From Lama guanicoe (lineage: Eukaryota): DNA of 64,000 bases. The stretch covers positions 521,988-585,987 of the forward strand of contig MU053588.1 in assembly GCA_013239625.1 (NCBI GenBank), read 5' to 3'. Shown here piece by piece: positions 12,238 through 25,707 of this stretch. The position numbers and the translations under genes were made by a program. How positions within the stretch are numbered: position 1 is the stretch's first letter; each line of letters begins with the position of its first letter. Below the pieces are notes generated by a model. The model saw only the letters and a list, made by a program, of their open reading frames with translations. It searched no databases and was not told the DNA's origin.

Positions 12238-15190
12238 CAGAAATATTTTATTTTATTTTATTACTTTGCTTTATTGCACTTCACAGATATTGCATTTTTC
12301 ACAAATTGAATATTTATGGCAACCCTGCACCTACTGGTGCCATTTTCCCAAAAGCCTTTGTTCACTTTGGGTCTCTGTTCACATTTTGTTAATTCTCTCA
12401 ATATTTCAAACATTTTGTATTTGTTATGGTGATCTGTGATCAATGTTCTTTAATGTTACCACTGCAATTGTTTTGTGGTGCCATATACCATACCCACGTA
12501 AGACAGCAAACTTAACTGATAAACACTGTGTGTGTTCTGACTGCTCCACCGACTGGCCGCTCCCCCATCTCTCTCCCTCTCCTTGAGCCTCCCTAGTCCC
12601 TAAGACACAATATTAAAATTAAGAGGCCAACTAATAACCCTACAATGGCCTTTTAAGTGTCCAAGTGGAAGGAAGAGTCTGACTTTAAATCAGAAGCTAG
12701 ACATGATTATGCTTGGTGAGGAAGCCATGTCAAAATCTGAAGTAGGCCGAAAGCTAGGCTTCCTGCACCAAAGTTAGCCAAGTTGTGAATGCAAAAGAAG
12801 AAAACCCCTTGAAGGAAATTAATAGTGCTGCTCCAGTGAACACATGAATGACAGTAAAGCGAAACAGACTTATTGGGGATGTGGAGAAAATTTTAGTGGT
12901 CTGGAGAGATGATCAAACCAGCTACAATATTCCCTCAAGCCAAAGCCCAATCCAGAATAAGGGCTTCTCTTCAATTCTATGAAGGCTGAGACAGGTAAAG
13001 CAGATACATAAGAAAAGTTTGAAGCTAGCAGAGGTTGTTTCATGAGGTTTAAGAAAAGAAGGTGTCTCCGTAATGTCAACAGAAATAATAAGTAATCTAT
13101 AAAAGGAATAGAAAAGAGTTTTATTTAAGCCAAACTGAGACTATAGCCAGGGAGATACAGACTCGAGAAGCAATTGAATCATGTTCCACCAGACTACAAA
13201 ATGGGGGAGACTTATAAAGGCAGAACCCCACAAATCACATAAATTGTTAAGAATTAGGATTAAAGTTGGCAAGAATAAGAGCGCTTGTTAAGCAAGGATT
13301 GTTTGGGGTCCAAAACAGTTGCATAGTTTTCAACAGTTTTGTATATTGTCAGAGCAAAGAACATCAAACGTGACAGGGGTACATTCTTTCGAGGTTTCAA
13401 AAAGACACATCAGCACATACACAGTGAGTCAGTACAGCCGTGGTGCCTGGGAAGGGAAGCTTATCACTGAGGGAGTGCTAGCAGGGATATCCTAGGAAGG
13501 GAGGCATTTATCTCTATCTTCAGAATGGACACCCTTTACTTCTGGACAATGTACTCTTTTCTACAGTGATTAAAACAGAAATGTACAATGTATGTTTGAC
13601 AGGCCACAAACAGGCTGTTCTAGTTAGCATAAAATTCAAGTTAAATCATAGATAAAATAGGATGATTTCCCCATACTTCAATCTGTGGAAATTTCTTCCA
13701 TCAATAATATAAAAGTGGTGAAGTAGCAAATGCTGATGCAGAAGTTGCAACAAGTTATCCAGAAGATCGAGCTAAGATAATTAATGAAGGTGGCTACACT
13801 AAACAACACATTTTCAACATAGATGAAACAGCCTTATATTGGGAGAAGATGCCATCTAAGACTTTCATAGCTAGAAAGAAATGAATGCCTGGCTCACAGC
13901 TTGAAAGGACAGGCTGATTCTCTTGCTTGGGGCTAATGCAGCTGGTGACTTTAAGTTAAAGCCAAATGCTCACTTACCATTCCCAAAATTTTAAAGCCCT
14001 TAAGAATAATGCTAATTCCACTCTGCCTGTGCACTATAAAAGGAACAAAGCCTTGATGACAGCACATCTATTTATAATGTGGTTTACTCAATATTTTAAG
14101 TGCACTGTTAAGATCTACTGCTCAAAATATTACTGCTGTTTGACAATACACCTGGTCACTCAAGAGCTCTGATGGAGATATGCAATGAGATTAATGTTAT
14201 TTTTATGCCTGCTAACACAACATCCAATCTGCAGCCCAAGGATCAAGGAATAATTTTGATTTTCAAGTCTTATTATTTCAAAAATATAATTCATAAGGCT
14301 GTAGCTGCCACAGACAGTGATTCCTCCGATGGATCTGGACAAAGACAATTAAACACCTCTGGAAAGGATTCACCATTCTAGATACCATTAAGGACATTTG
14401 TAATTCATGGGAAGAGGTCAAAATATCAACATTAACAGACATCTGGAAGTTGATTCCAACCCTCATAGATGACTTTGAGGGGTTCAAGACTTCACTGGAG
14501 TTAGGTACCTGCTCAAAGGGTTGAAACAGCAAGAGAACTAGAATCAGAAGTGGATCCTAAAGGTGTGACTGAATTGCTGCATTAAGATAAAACTCTAGTG
14601 GGCAAGGAGTTGTGTCTTACAGATGGGCAAAGAAAGTGGTTTCTTGAGATGAGATCTACTCCTGCTGAAGATGCAGTAGAGATTTTTGAAGTAACAACAA
14701 AGGATTTAGAATATTACATAAACTTAGTTGATAAGGCAGTGACAGTGGCAGAGTTTTGAAAGAAGTTTTACTGTAGTGTAGATAAAATCCTATTAAGCAG
14801 CATTGTGTGCTACAGAGAAACTGTTCGCAAAAGGAAGAGTCAAACGACGCAGCAAACTTCACTGTTGTTTTAAGAAACTGACACAGCCACCCAACCTTCA
14901 GCAACCACCACCTTGATCAGTCAGTAGCCATAACATCAAGGCAAGACTCTCCACCAGCAAAAAGATTATGACTCAGTAAAGGCTCAGATGATAGCACTTT
15001 TTAGCAATAAAGTATTTTTAAATTAAGGCATGTACTTTTTTTTAGACACAATGTTACTGCACATTTAATAAACCAGTCAACTTTTATAGGCACTGGGAAA
15101 CCAGAAAATTTGTGTGACATACGTTATTGTGATATTGACTTTATTGTGGAGGTCTGGAACTGAACCCACAATATTTCTGAGCTTTGCCTG
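12238..15190 (+). mobile_element. Near full-length Tigger1 (pogo-like Tc1/mariner) DNA transposon, decayed transposase
   Basis: TA flanks at 12236-12237 and 15191-15192 with CAG...GCCTG ends. Translated pieces match Tigger1 transposase: [67 protein letters not shown]. Confidence 0.93.
13074..13703 (-). mobile_element. ERV1-like solo LTR (family A, copy 3) nested in Tigger1
   Basis: TGT...CCATCA termini and near-TSD GTAA/ATAA; Tigger1 sequence resumes in register after it. Confidence 0.85.
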
Positions 15191-16249
15191 TACTGGGATC
15201 ACTTCCTTGTCTTTATGCATTTATTACATCTTTTTGCATACCTGAAGTATAGACTGACTTTGCCTGATTTTTTCTGCTATACAATTAGAAACACAGTATG
15301 TATTCTGTTGCATCCATCTTCTTTCCCTCAATATTAAGCACTTAAGATTCATGTTCAGAGTTCTAAATTATCCCTCTCTATTACAATATCACTTATCTCT
15401 TCTATTGTTGGTAGATATTTGAGTTGTTTCCATTTTTGGAAGTCACAAAAAAATTCAACAATACTTCAATAAAAAAAATTCTGCTGTGACATTCTTGTGT
15501 ATGTATCCTTGTTATAATTAGTGTGCATTTATGTACAATACAAAGCAAGGAGTGGAAACGCTAGAAGAAAGGGTATGCTTAATATCTTTAACTTTATTAT
15601 ATATTGCCATTTTTTCCATAAAGTTAATAAATCATTGACAGTCCCACAATGTTCCTATAAATTCATATACTTATTGACAGTTAATATTGTCAGATATTTA
15701 ATTTGAGTCTTCTGGTGTGTGTGGTGGTGATCGTAATGTTAGTTTCGCTAGTCTTCTCTTTAGTTCTGCCCCAAGCCAAGATGTATAAATGTAGCAGGGG
15801 TTCAAATATAACATTTGTTTCTGGATTCCTACATAAAAGTTTGTAAGGCATACATATCTTCCATTTCACTTGTTAATTTAAGCACACAAGCCAATGGTGT
15901 GGTCAGGGCACAGTGCTACTTCTCAGGGACCACACAGAGTCCAACCCTCTTGCTCTCCTTTAAGATAAGTTCTTTCCTCCAAATGATTAAGCAACCTCAA
16001 GTACTCCTGAGAGAGCACAAAATCCTCACTATGCCTAATCATGGGCTGGGTTCTTCCATATTATTTGCTGTCTTTCCCGTATCTTGTATTTGAATGCTGA
16101 GAGAGTTCAAGTTTTGTTTCCTTCTTTCTATTTAACCTAAAATATCATGGGTATCTTCTGGCTTAATTTTAAATGCAAGAGTTATCTGAATAATGGACCA
16201 AGCTGAAGGGAGACCTCACTGGTAATTTATTATATTATCATCATATACG

Positions 16250-16869
16250 TGTACAGAAATAATCAATAAAGAACCTATAATAGGAATAAAAAAGTTTTGG
16301 CTTAAGCCAAACTGAGGACTACAGCTGGGGAGACAAAGATTCAAAAAGCATTTGAATTGTGTACCACCAGACTACATAAAGTGGGGAAGCTTATAAAGGC
16401 AAAAACTGCAAAATTACATAAACTGTTTGTAAAGAATTAGGATTAGAGCTGGCAGGGAGTAGGAGTGCTTGTTAAGGAAAGATTGGTGTCCAAAATCGTT
16501 GCATCGTTACAAGGGGAGACCTTGAGCATAGGGCTGCAGTTGGCAGCTTTTAGCAGATGTTATCTTGAGAACAGCTGACAGTCTCTCTGAGTCTGATAGC
16601 GTTCAGAAAATTCAAGTTCTCAGTGACACAGGGACGTGTCTGAAACCACATTCACAATGGTCACCTGGCTCCATTTTGGATGCCTGAACCACAGTTACTC
16701 CCCTTTGATTTTTAAATGCATTCTTTTCTTTAATGGTTGAAGTAGATGTATTATACATGTTTAATATGCCACCGAACAGGCTGTTCTAGTTAGCAAAAAG
16801 TTTAAGTTAGATCCTGCATAAGCCAGAATGACCTTCCCATACCTCAAAATGTGACAATTTCTTCCATCA
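16250..16869 (-). mobile_element. ERV1-like solo LTR (family A, copy 4)
   Basis: Shares TTAAGCCAAACTGAG, CACCAGACTACA, AACAGGCTGTTCTAGTTAGCA and TTTCTTCCATCA with 13074-13703. Confidence 0.82.
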
Positions 16870-17455
16870 CATGAAATTCACCAATGGCGGTAATGAAGAG
16901 ATTGCGGTGACCTACAAACAAGTGTAAAGTGAATATACTTGATGTCTTAACTGAGGAAAATGAAGCTACAGAAAGTAATTATGAAAAGTAAAGAAAGTAT
17001 TAAAACGCATCTGCAGATTCTGGATCATTAAGTAAAGAAAAAAAGGAAATTGATTAACATTTCAGAGGCTACTCATTACAAACAGTATGATTAATTTCTA
17101 AAAGAGCAAGTGACTGTAACACCAATATATATGTTGATAATTTACATTTGTAGTGTTATAAATAGGAAATCAATACTCATCGTTTGTTTCCACTTAGATT
17201 ATCTTACTCAGAAAAATTTGATTTATTTGTGTGCTAATTATATATATTAAATATAGGCCTGTTAAATTTTTGTCTAGTACTTATGTATATTAATTGCCAT
17301 TCCGGTGATTAGGATTTTTACAGATGATTATCCAGTCAAATCTTAATATTATAATAACTCTACTCTGGTTACCCTTGGAAAATCTGTCCCTAAATTAATA
17401 TTACAAAACATACACATGATTTTCACCAGCTCATTTTTATATTTAATAATGTCCG

Positions 17456-18756
17456 ACTGGACAGATGCATGTAAGTCAGTGAAGTTAGAGTATTCTCTCA
17501 CACCATACACAAAAATAAACTCAAAATTGCTTAAAGACTTAAACATAAGACAAGACACAATAAATCTCCTAGAAGAAAACATACGCAAAATATTATTTCA
17601 CATACATCTCAGCAATGTTCTCCTAGAGCAGTCTACGCAAGCAATAGAAATAAAAGCAAAAATAAACAATCGGATCTAATTAAACTTAGAAGCTTTTGCA
17701 CAGCAAAGAAAACCATAAGCAAAACAACAACCTACCAGGATGGGAGAAAATATTTGTAAAAGATGAAATTGACAAGGATTTGATTTCCAGAATATATAAA
17801 CAGCTCATACAGCTTCATAAGAAAAAAACAAACAACCCAATCTAAAAATGGGCAGAGCTAAACAAGCAATTCTCCAGTGAAGACATACGAATGGCCTATA
17901 GGCACATGAAAAAATGCTGAGTATCACTAATCATCAGAGAAATGCAAATCAAGAATACAATGAGGTATTACTTCACACCAGTTAGAATGGCCATCATTCA
18001 AAAGTCCACAATCGATAAATGCTGGAGAGGGTGTGGAGAAAAGGGAAACCTCCTACACTGTTGGTGGAAATGTAGTTTGGTGCAGCCATTGTGGAAAACA
18101 GTACGGAGATTCCTCAAAAGACTGAAAACAGACTTACCATATGATCCAACAATCCCACTTCTGGGCATATATCTACAGGGAGCCTTAATTCAAAGAGACA
18201 CCTACACCCCAGTGTTCACTGCAGCACTATTTACAATAGCCAAAACATGGAAACAACCTAAATGTCTACCAACAGATGACTGGATAAAGAAGTTGTGGTA
18301 TATTTATACAATGGAATACCACTCTGCCATAAAAATGATAAAATGCCATTTCCAGCAACACGGATAGCTCTGGAGAATGTCATTCTAAGTGAAGTAAACC
18401 AGAAACACAAAGAAAAATATATCACTCATATGTGGAATCTTAAAAAAAAAAGACAAATTAACATATATAAAATAGAAACAGACTCACATAGAAAACAAAC
18501 TTAATGGTTACCAGCGGGTAGGGAGGGTGGGAAGGGATAAACTGGGAGTTCAAGATTTGCAGATACCGATTGGTATATATAAAATAGATAAACAAGTTTA
18601 TACTGTATAGCACAGGAACTATATTCAATATCTTGTAGTAGCTTACAGTGAAAAAGGATATGAAAATGAATATATGTATGTTCATGTATGACTGAAGTAT
18701 TGTGCTGTACACCAGAAATTGACACAACATAGTAAACTGCCTCAATTAAAAAAAAA
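17456..18756 (+). mobile_element. 5'-truncated, relatively young L1 (ORF2 C-terminus, 3'UTR and poly-A)
   Basis: ORFs LTPYTKINSKLLKDLNIR and [28 protein letters not shown] are L1 ORF2 C-terminal motifs; A tail at 18748-18756. Confidence 0.92.
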
Positions 18757-19379
18757 CCAAAAGAACAGAATCATTGTAAATATTCAGGTATTTTTGTACT
18801 TATTTGGATGAGGCTAAACTTGATTAAAGTAAACTTCCTCTTCCATGGAGTAACTTAAAAACATTAAAACAAACAAACAAATACCTTTTTTTAAATGAAA
18901 AAAAAATTCAGTCCGTGTTGAATGCGTCTTAATGTGAAGTATTAGGTTGATTTCACTTCACTTCTACAGTTACTAAACGTACCTTAACAGGATTTATTGA
19001 CGAAACCAGTCCATTCCTGGCAGTAAAACTTAACTTTTCACGTACATTATCAACAGGCAGCAGCTACCTTTGAGGACACTACCCTGTAACCCCTGCCCTC
19101 AGGAGCTCACATCCAGCCTCGGGGCTTGTACTTGGGCGCTTCACAGTATGGTGCACTCACAGGCCTGAGGCTTCGGGCAGCCCCGACTTTCGGATTCCCC
19201 TTCTCAGAATTCTTGGCACAGTGGCCTCCTCTAGACCACCAGGACGTGCACAAGATACCCTCTTCGCAGTTTCCCTGCCAGCGATACACGTCCTTGCCTT
19301 GTGACTCCTGGTAACGAGTTAAACTCTCTGTCAAGCCCAGGATTGTCCCCAGCCTGCTCTCCCTCTAGCAGGGCTTCTG

Positions 19380-19520
19380 AGCTTCCGACTACTTTTCCCA
19401 CAAGCCACCGCGGCCGCGGCCGTTAAAGCTCGAACTACATTTCCCAGAGGGCAGCGGTCACACTGGATCCTTGTGTTCCTTTCCGTTTTAGAGCGCGGCT
19501 CTCGCGCTTTGCAAGGTGAG
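19380..19520 (+). promoter_or_regulatory. CpG-rich promoter and non-coding exon 1 of the ZNF573-like gene, with tandem ZNF143-type motifs
   Basis: Local CpG enrichment. GACTACTTTTCCCACAAGCC (19387-19406) and AACTACATTTCCCAGAGGGC (19433-19452) match the ACTACA-TTCCCA ZNF143/THAP11 motif typical of KRAB-ZNF promoters. Strong donor AAG|GTGAGT with GT at 19516. Confidence 0.8.
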
Positions 19521-22500
19521 TTTAACTCATCTCAGGATGTTAACAGGCACAGGGAGACTGCAGGCTGGCATCTGGGCAACGGAATTAATCGGAATCCGGC
19601 CTGAACCAATAGGGGTGGTAGAGGACGTGTTTACAGCATGGAAGCTTTTGATATAGCCACTTGCTACCGGAATCTCAGGCTTGGGGGTTCCTAAACCGCA
19701 GTGGAGGGTTCTCTGTGCACGGACAGATGGGGAGTGGGTGGGAGTGTACGTGTGTGACACTTTGAGAGCCGGCGGGCTGGGATGTGCCTTCGTGTGGGTA
19801 GTTACTGTTGTGAGGCTGTGACAGATGTGTGGCTGTGCTGGTGTGACGAGAATTTTGTTGCAGATCCTTAACCTGTGCTGCAATTGCTCGGGCTCTGTAG
19901 TGTCACCGTGGTGTCAAGGAAACTCTAGGTCCCCTGATGCTTCCTCCGTCTTCTTTCCTCACAGTTGCTTGCGGTTACCACATAGAAATAGCTGGAAGAC
20001 AAAGAGTCGGAGGTTGGGAACGCCTGAGAAGTTCTTTCCTTGGGAGCTCCGAGGGGCAGCTACAGGTTTTAAAACCTGGTCTTTCCCAAAGCTCTGACCC
20101 CAGGAACTTAACTGTAAACTCAAATAGAGGCCAGGTTCCACCCTATTTTCTGTTTTGTTTGTGAGCAGGATTTGTGCGGACTTGGAGAGCGTTGTATAAC
20201 AAAGTAATTATGTGCTCCAGGAAGAGTCTGGGGTCCTGTGACTCCCTACTTGGTGCTGTCATTCCCCAAAAGGAGGACCCTGATGAGGAGGAAAGAATTA
20301 TTTTACAACCAAAGATCAATGTTTGTGCTAGTTGTTTTTTTTTCTTTCATAACATTATTGGTTTAAGGGCATATTTTCCTTCCTCTGCAGTGTCCTAATC
20401 GTAATTTGTTTTCTTTCCAGTAGGTGTTGAGTGCCATTGAGGTGAATCATGGATTCTCATATTCATTGGGTATATCATTCAAATCTATGTATTCTCTTAT
20501 TGTAAACAGAACCCCAAAAGATTTAGATCCTTTGGTCTAGAATCAAGGACAACAATTTTCCATGTGAAAAGTTGGTGTTCAAGATTATGGAAATGTTTAA
20601 GTGATTAATCCGTATGGCTGAATATTATGCAGCTAATAAAGTTATACAGAGTTAGACCTAAGAAAGAAAATGTATACTATGTCCTGGTTAAGCAATATTA
20701 ATCAACAATAATATATCCAGGAAAATTTTGAATTATATATTAATTCCAACCTAGGGTCATATTTTGAGAATTTTATAAATTTATAAATTTTGTATACAAA
20801 ATATTTTGTTTATTGAAGAAAGGCAGTGGTACTGCTACATTTATTGAGCATTTATTATGTTCCAAACACTTTTCTACCTTTCATACATTCTCTCATTCAG
20901 TCTGTAAGTGCCACTTACCTGTACTGTGTTCCCAGTAGAATCTTGGCAATGAAAGTGTTTATATTGGGGAGATAAAAGTAAAGGATATTGAAAGTGTTTA
21001 TATTGAGGAAATATAACTAAAGGATGCACTGTACATGTAATTTGTTTCACTTTTGTTTCCCCGTGTCATGCATAGGATTCTGGTTTCGTAAATACAAGAA
21101 TGAGCACCTTGTTCTATATTTTTTCTTTATGAATTACATTTGTCATATATTGAAATGCCCTTTGAAATGTTTTGGAATATATTATATTCTGGTGATGGGA
21201 TTAATGAAGGCTTGTTGCAAAAATGCAACATCCTAAGGAATTTATAATAAAGAAATATAAAGTATTCTTATTCCCACCACCCAGAGATACACTATTAATT
21301 TTTTTCATTTTTCCCATCAAGTATATATGTATTGTTTTGTTTTTGAATCATAAGATCACATTAAGTTAATATTAAGTCAAACCATAAAGAAACAAGAATC
21401 AATTTTAAGTTTGTAAAAGGAATCCATGAGTTTCATTATATATTTGTGAATGTAAGGGGAAGAAGGAAGCGACAATTTGTTTGAAAAACCTTCCAGATAT
21501 TTACACCTTTTAGATAATAGAAATATCATTAATATTAGTTACCAGGGCAGCAAGTATCAATAAGACAATCATTCAGAATTAGAGTTTTAAAAAGAGATCT
21601 AGAGTTAGTTGTATAAAACTTTGCAATAACAACTGATTTTTAGATGTCTTCCAAATAACATTTCCAATTATGGATTGTAATAAAAGAAAAGAACTAATAA
21701 TTTTATTCAGATTTCTTTCTTTTACAGATAAAGTATATTAAGCTTCTTATTAATGTTTCCACTTTATGAGCTACTTGATCAGATCAAGTTCTTTGAGCAA
21801 GTTGTGATTCAAAAAACTCTTTTTTGCTGCTGGGGTTGGGGGAAAGGGAAAAGTCCTCCTCTTCTTTGTTAGAAACTTTTTTTTCCGTTAGAAACTCTTA
21901 TTAATAAGAAATGCATTCTCAAACCAAGTCTTCTTTTTTTTTTTTTTTTGGTGAATGTTACAAGAGCAGTGCTGAGAAGCACAATTTTACTCTAAAAAGA
22001 AGAACTGGAATTGTTTCTTTTATGATAATTAGGACACATGAAATCTTTAATAAAAATAGCTAACATATAGTATTGGACACTAAGTTTTTATACAGATTAT
22101 CTTTCTCCAAGAGTTATATTTAGCAGGTCTTCATATTCTTGATTTTACTGGAAAAACCAAGACACTAAGATGTCATGAACTCTGAGCAATTTTGCAATTC
22201 TAATATCTGACAACAGACTGTATGTTTTAAATTTCAACAGGATACCACTCCTAAATTATTATTTTAAGCCTGGACCAATATCATGATTAATAATGGTGTA
22301 CATGCCCCACCATACAGCAGAATCAAATTAATTAATCTGTTACGTACTGTTAGATTTTTATGTTCCTAATTTGCGGTCATCAAAAATTATGTGAACATCC
22401 TTATACATGCATTCTTTAGTATTTCTATAGATATTTAATTAATATAAATTCCTAGGATTAGAATTTGGGTTGAAACAATCAGGTTTTTACTAAGTACTTA

Positions 22501-22789
22501 CGAAATGCCAGCCCATATAATCTTAGTATTTATGTCACAAATGACATAGCTGATGCTTTTATGTTCCTTCTAGTAAGTTAGGTAAACCCTGAATAGGAAT
22601 AAATGCATCAAAGGCCATTAAGGAAATTCAGGGAATGTGAGCTGGGGTTTTATACAGCAGTGACATCATTGTGACTGTAGCCACTCCTGTTGGGTTATGA
22701 CTAAATTATGCTGACATATGAAAGCACTGAGGAAGGAATTTCTGCTGTAAATTTTCAACTATACAATACTTACTGTAGTCACCATACTT

Positions 22790-23650
22790 TTTTAAAATAT
22801 TTTTAAATTGATACAGTTCACGACCATAAAATTCACCTTTTGAAAAGTATATAATTCAGTAGTTTTTAATTTAGTCACAAGGTTGTGTGAACAGCACCAC
22901 TATCTATTTCCAAAACACTTTAATCGCCCTAAAGAAAAACCCCATACTCAATAGCTGCCACTTCCTATTCTCTCCTCCTATACTCTGACAACCAGTGATG
23001 GACCTTCTGTTTCTACAGATTTGCTTATTCTTGAAATTCCATGCAGTGTTCCCTTTCATGTCTTGCTTCTTTCACTTAACATGATGTTTTTAAGTTCCTC
23101 CATGTTGTAGATGTGTAAGTACTTCATTCTTTTTTAAAAATGTGGTCAAGTATACATAATATAAAACAACATTTTAAACTGTACTGTGGCGTTGAGTATA
23201 TTCATGTTGTCAGGCATCCATCACTACCATCCATCTCCAGAATGTTTTCATCTTCCTATACTGAGACTATACCCATTAAACATTAACTTCCTATTCCTGT
23301 CTCCCACCCGAGTCTCTGGCATCTACTTTCTGTCTCTATCAATTTGACTACTCCAAGAATCTCGTATAAGAGGAATTGTACAATATGGGTCCTTTCATGG
23401 ACAGCTTATTACACTTAGCATAAATGTCTTCAAGGTTCATCCATGTGTAGCCTGCAAAATAACCTACATACACTACATTGTCTGTATCCATCAGCCGATG
23501 GACAGTTTGGTTGCTCCCACTTTTGGCTGTTACAAATACGGACATTTGTGTACAACTTTTTGTGTGAAATGTGTTTTTTTCTGTTCTCTTGGGTATTTAC
23601 CTAAGGGCAGAATTGCTGGGTCACAAGGTAACTCCTACATTACATCTTTT
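22790..23650 (-). mobile_element. Old L1 3' ends (L1MA/L1MB-type), nested
   Basis: Typical antisense 3'UTR motifs (CATAAAATTCACC, TTTCACTTAACATGATGTT, AATTGCTGGGTCACAAGGTAAC). Confidence 0.7.
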
Positions 23651-24099
23651 ACTCTGATGACGTTAGATGCTAAGTGAGACTAAAAGGATAAGATAATTCA
23701 GCAGCTTTCTAGGGAATGTGAATAACAGGGTGGGAAATAGTTCTGTAAAGAAAACTTGCAAAGGATGTAGCAGTGAAACCAGAGCAATATGTGTTAGACT
23801 ATATTCACAGGCTTCACCCATCTTTCTAGACAGTAAGCCAACAATGAGCATTCATAGACAGAGGAAGCTCTCTTACTTACTAACTGGAGGAAACAAAAAT
23901 CATTTAGTAAAACAGTCCAAATTTAGTGTGTTTCTCCAAGACCAAATAAACACTTTAAAAGAATGAACTTTCCACATTTTGGAATATAGTTTCTACTTAA
24001 CAAATAACAAATAATGTATATTTGTACATATATTTTAAGACATAGCCACTGACTCAAAAATTTTATATTTGAAAAAAAAACTCATCAAGATCAAAAGAA

Positions 24100-24570
24100 A
24101 AATACATGGTATACATACACCCAGTGAAATATTCACCCATAAAAAAGCAGGAAATCTTTGCTTTGTGAGAACACAGATGGAACTTGAGGGCTTAATGGTA
24201 AGTGAAATAAATCAGAGAAAGACACCCTTATGTGAAATCTTAAAAAATAAACAACTGAACTCACAGATGCAGAGAAGATTGGTGGTTTCCAGAGACAAGG
24301 GGTGGTGGGGGGGGTGAAACAGATGAAGGTACTTAAAGGTACAAATTTCCAATTATAAGATAAGTGATGTGGATGTAATGTACAGTATGGTAACTATAGT
24401 AAATATTGTATAGTTGAAAGTTACTGAGAAAGCTCTTAAAAGTTCTCATCACAAGAAAAAAATTACATATGTGATGAATGTCAACTAGACACATGGTGAT
24501 TATTTCACAATTTATTCAAATATGGAGTCACTGTTGTACATTTGAAATATGTCAATTATATATCTCAGTT
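24100..24570 (+). mobile_element. L1 3' end (L1MA-type)
   Basis: ACACAGATGGAACTTGAGGG...AAGTGAAATAAATCAGA...AAGTTCTCATCACAAGAAAAAAA. Confidence 0.7.
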
Positions 24571-25637
24571 TTTTTAACTTGTAAGTTTCAGGTCTAAGTC
24601 TAATGCAACAATATCTCAAACTTAAACTAGATATTGAAGCATGACCTTCTTGAGGTTGTTTTCGGTATGTTTTTTCAGCTGTGTTTTCTATTTGATCCCT
24701 AAGGTGAAGTTTTGAGATTTAATTACTGTCAGATAACATAACAATATCCTGGGATAAATTAATGAATGAATTAAAAACATATGCACAAGCTTTGGACAAG
24801 ACTAGCTCTTTGAGCATCGCCTTTCTTTTTTCATCAGTACTATGAAATGCTTATGTCAAAGGAAATCTTTTTTTCAAATATCTGTCATTGAAACAGAAAC
24901 CTTTCTCCCCTATGTAGGCAATTGTTGCTACTTTCCAAGAAAAATAAACAAAAGAAAAAGATAAGCACTGTTAATATATGAGTTTATAACTTTTCCAAAG
25001 TTTTTTCTTTTCTACTTAAGTAAGATGATCTGTCAGTCTTTCAATACTGAGATATGCAAACATTTCACAGATAGTATCATGGTGTAAATATGGTCTCTTA
25101 AATCTGATTTATCTACTGACAGTATTTCTGGAATATTTTTCCATGACTTAATTATTTTCCCTGACTTCACATTTATTACTTGGATATTTTGTGTTGTATT
25201 TAAGCAGTTTTTCCTGGAATTGGAATGTTGACTCTGCCTAATTGTCTTTTCTGACCTGTATACCCTTTCTAACCTGTTCAAACTCACCTGATCAAGGCTG
25301 TGAAGTGAGGTGTAGGGTTTTTTGGTGTGTCTCCTTTTCAGTCCTGGAAGGTGTGAATGAAGGGAGGAGGACCTGTTCAGGGTGGGACTGAACAGCCTAA
25401 TCTCATGTGCAGAGCAGCTTCCCCAAAGTGGAGGACTGGCCAGAAAACTGAAGTGTCTGCATTTTCTGAGAATTGGGGGAGAGTTTGAGTTTGTCTAAAA
25501 CCCTAATCTTTTCACATTGTGTGTGTTTGTATAGTAGGAGGTATCATGTAACATGGAATGAAGGAGCAAAACATTTAGTTTGTTACGTGGTAGCACTAAA
25601 GCATGACTGCTCTTATGGTCTCTTTTTCCTTTCCCAG

Positions 25638-25707
25638 CTCTGTATTCTCTGATCTGTAGATCTGAGGAGGACTGATCAGTCTTTGCAGATGTCAATTCAT
25701 GGCATAT
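25638..25707 (+). other. Extra KRAB-ZNF-type start exon (ATG GCA TAT, MAY) inside the ZNF573-like 5' intron
   Basis: Acceptor tttttcctttcccag|, internal ACTGATCAG motif, ATG at 25699 and phase-0 donor |GTAAGTTG at 25708. Same layout and flanking intron similarity as the start exons at 30246 and 63467. Confidence 0.6.

Noticed and set aside
17942..18367. L1-derived ORFs (also 37.2-38.1, 52.4 and 56.6-57.5 kb) as active retrotransposon genes
   Set aside because: All are truncated and interrupted by stops or frameshifts; no intact ORF1 plus ORF2.
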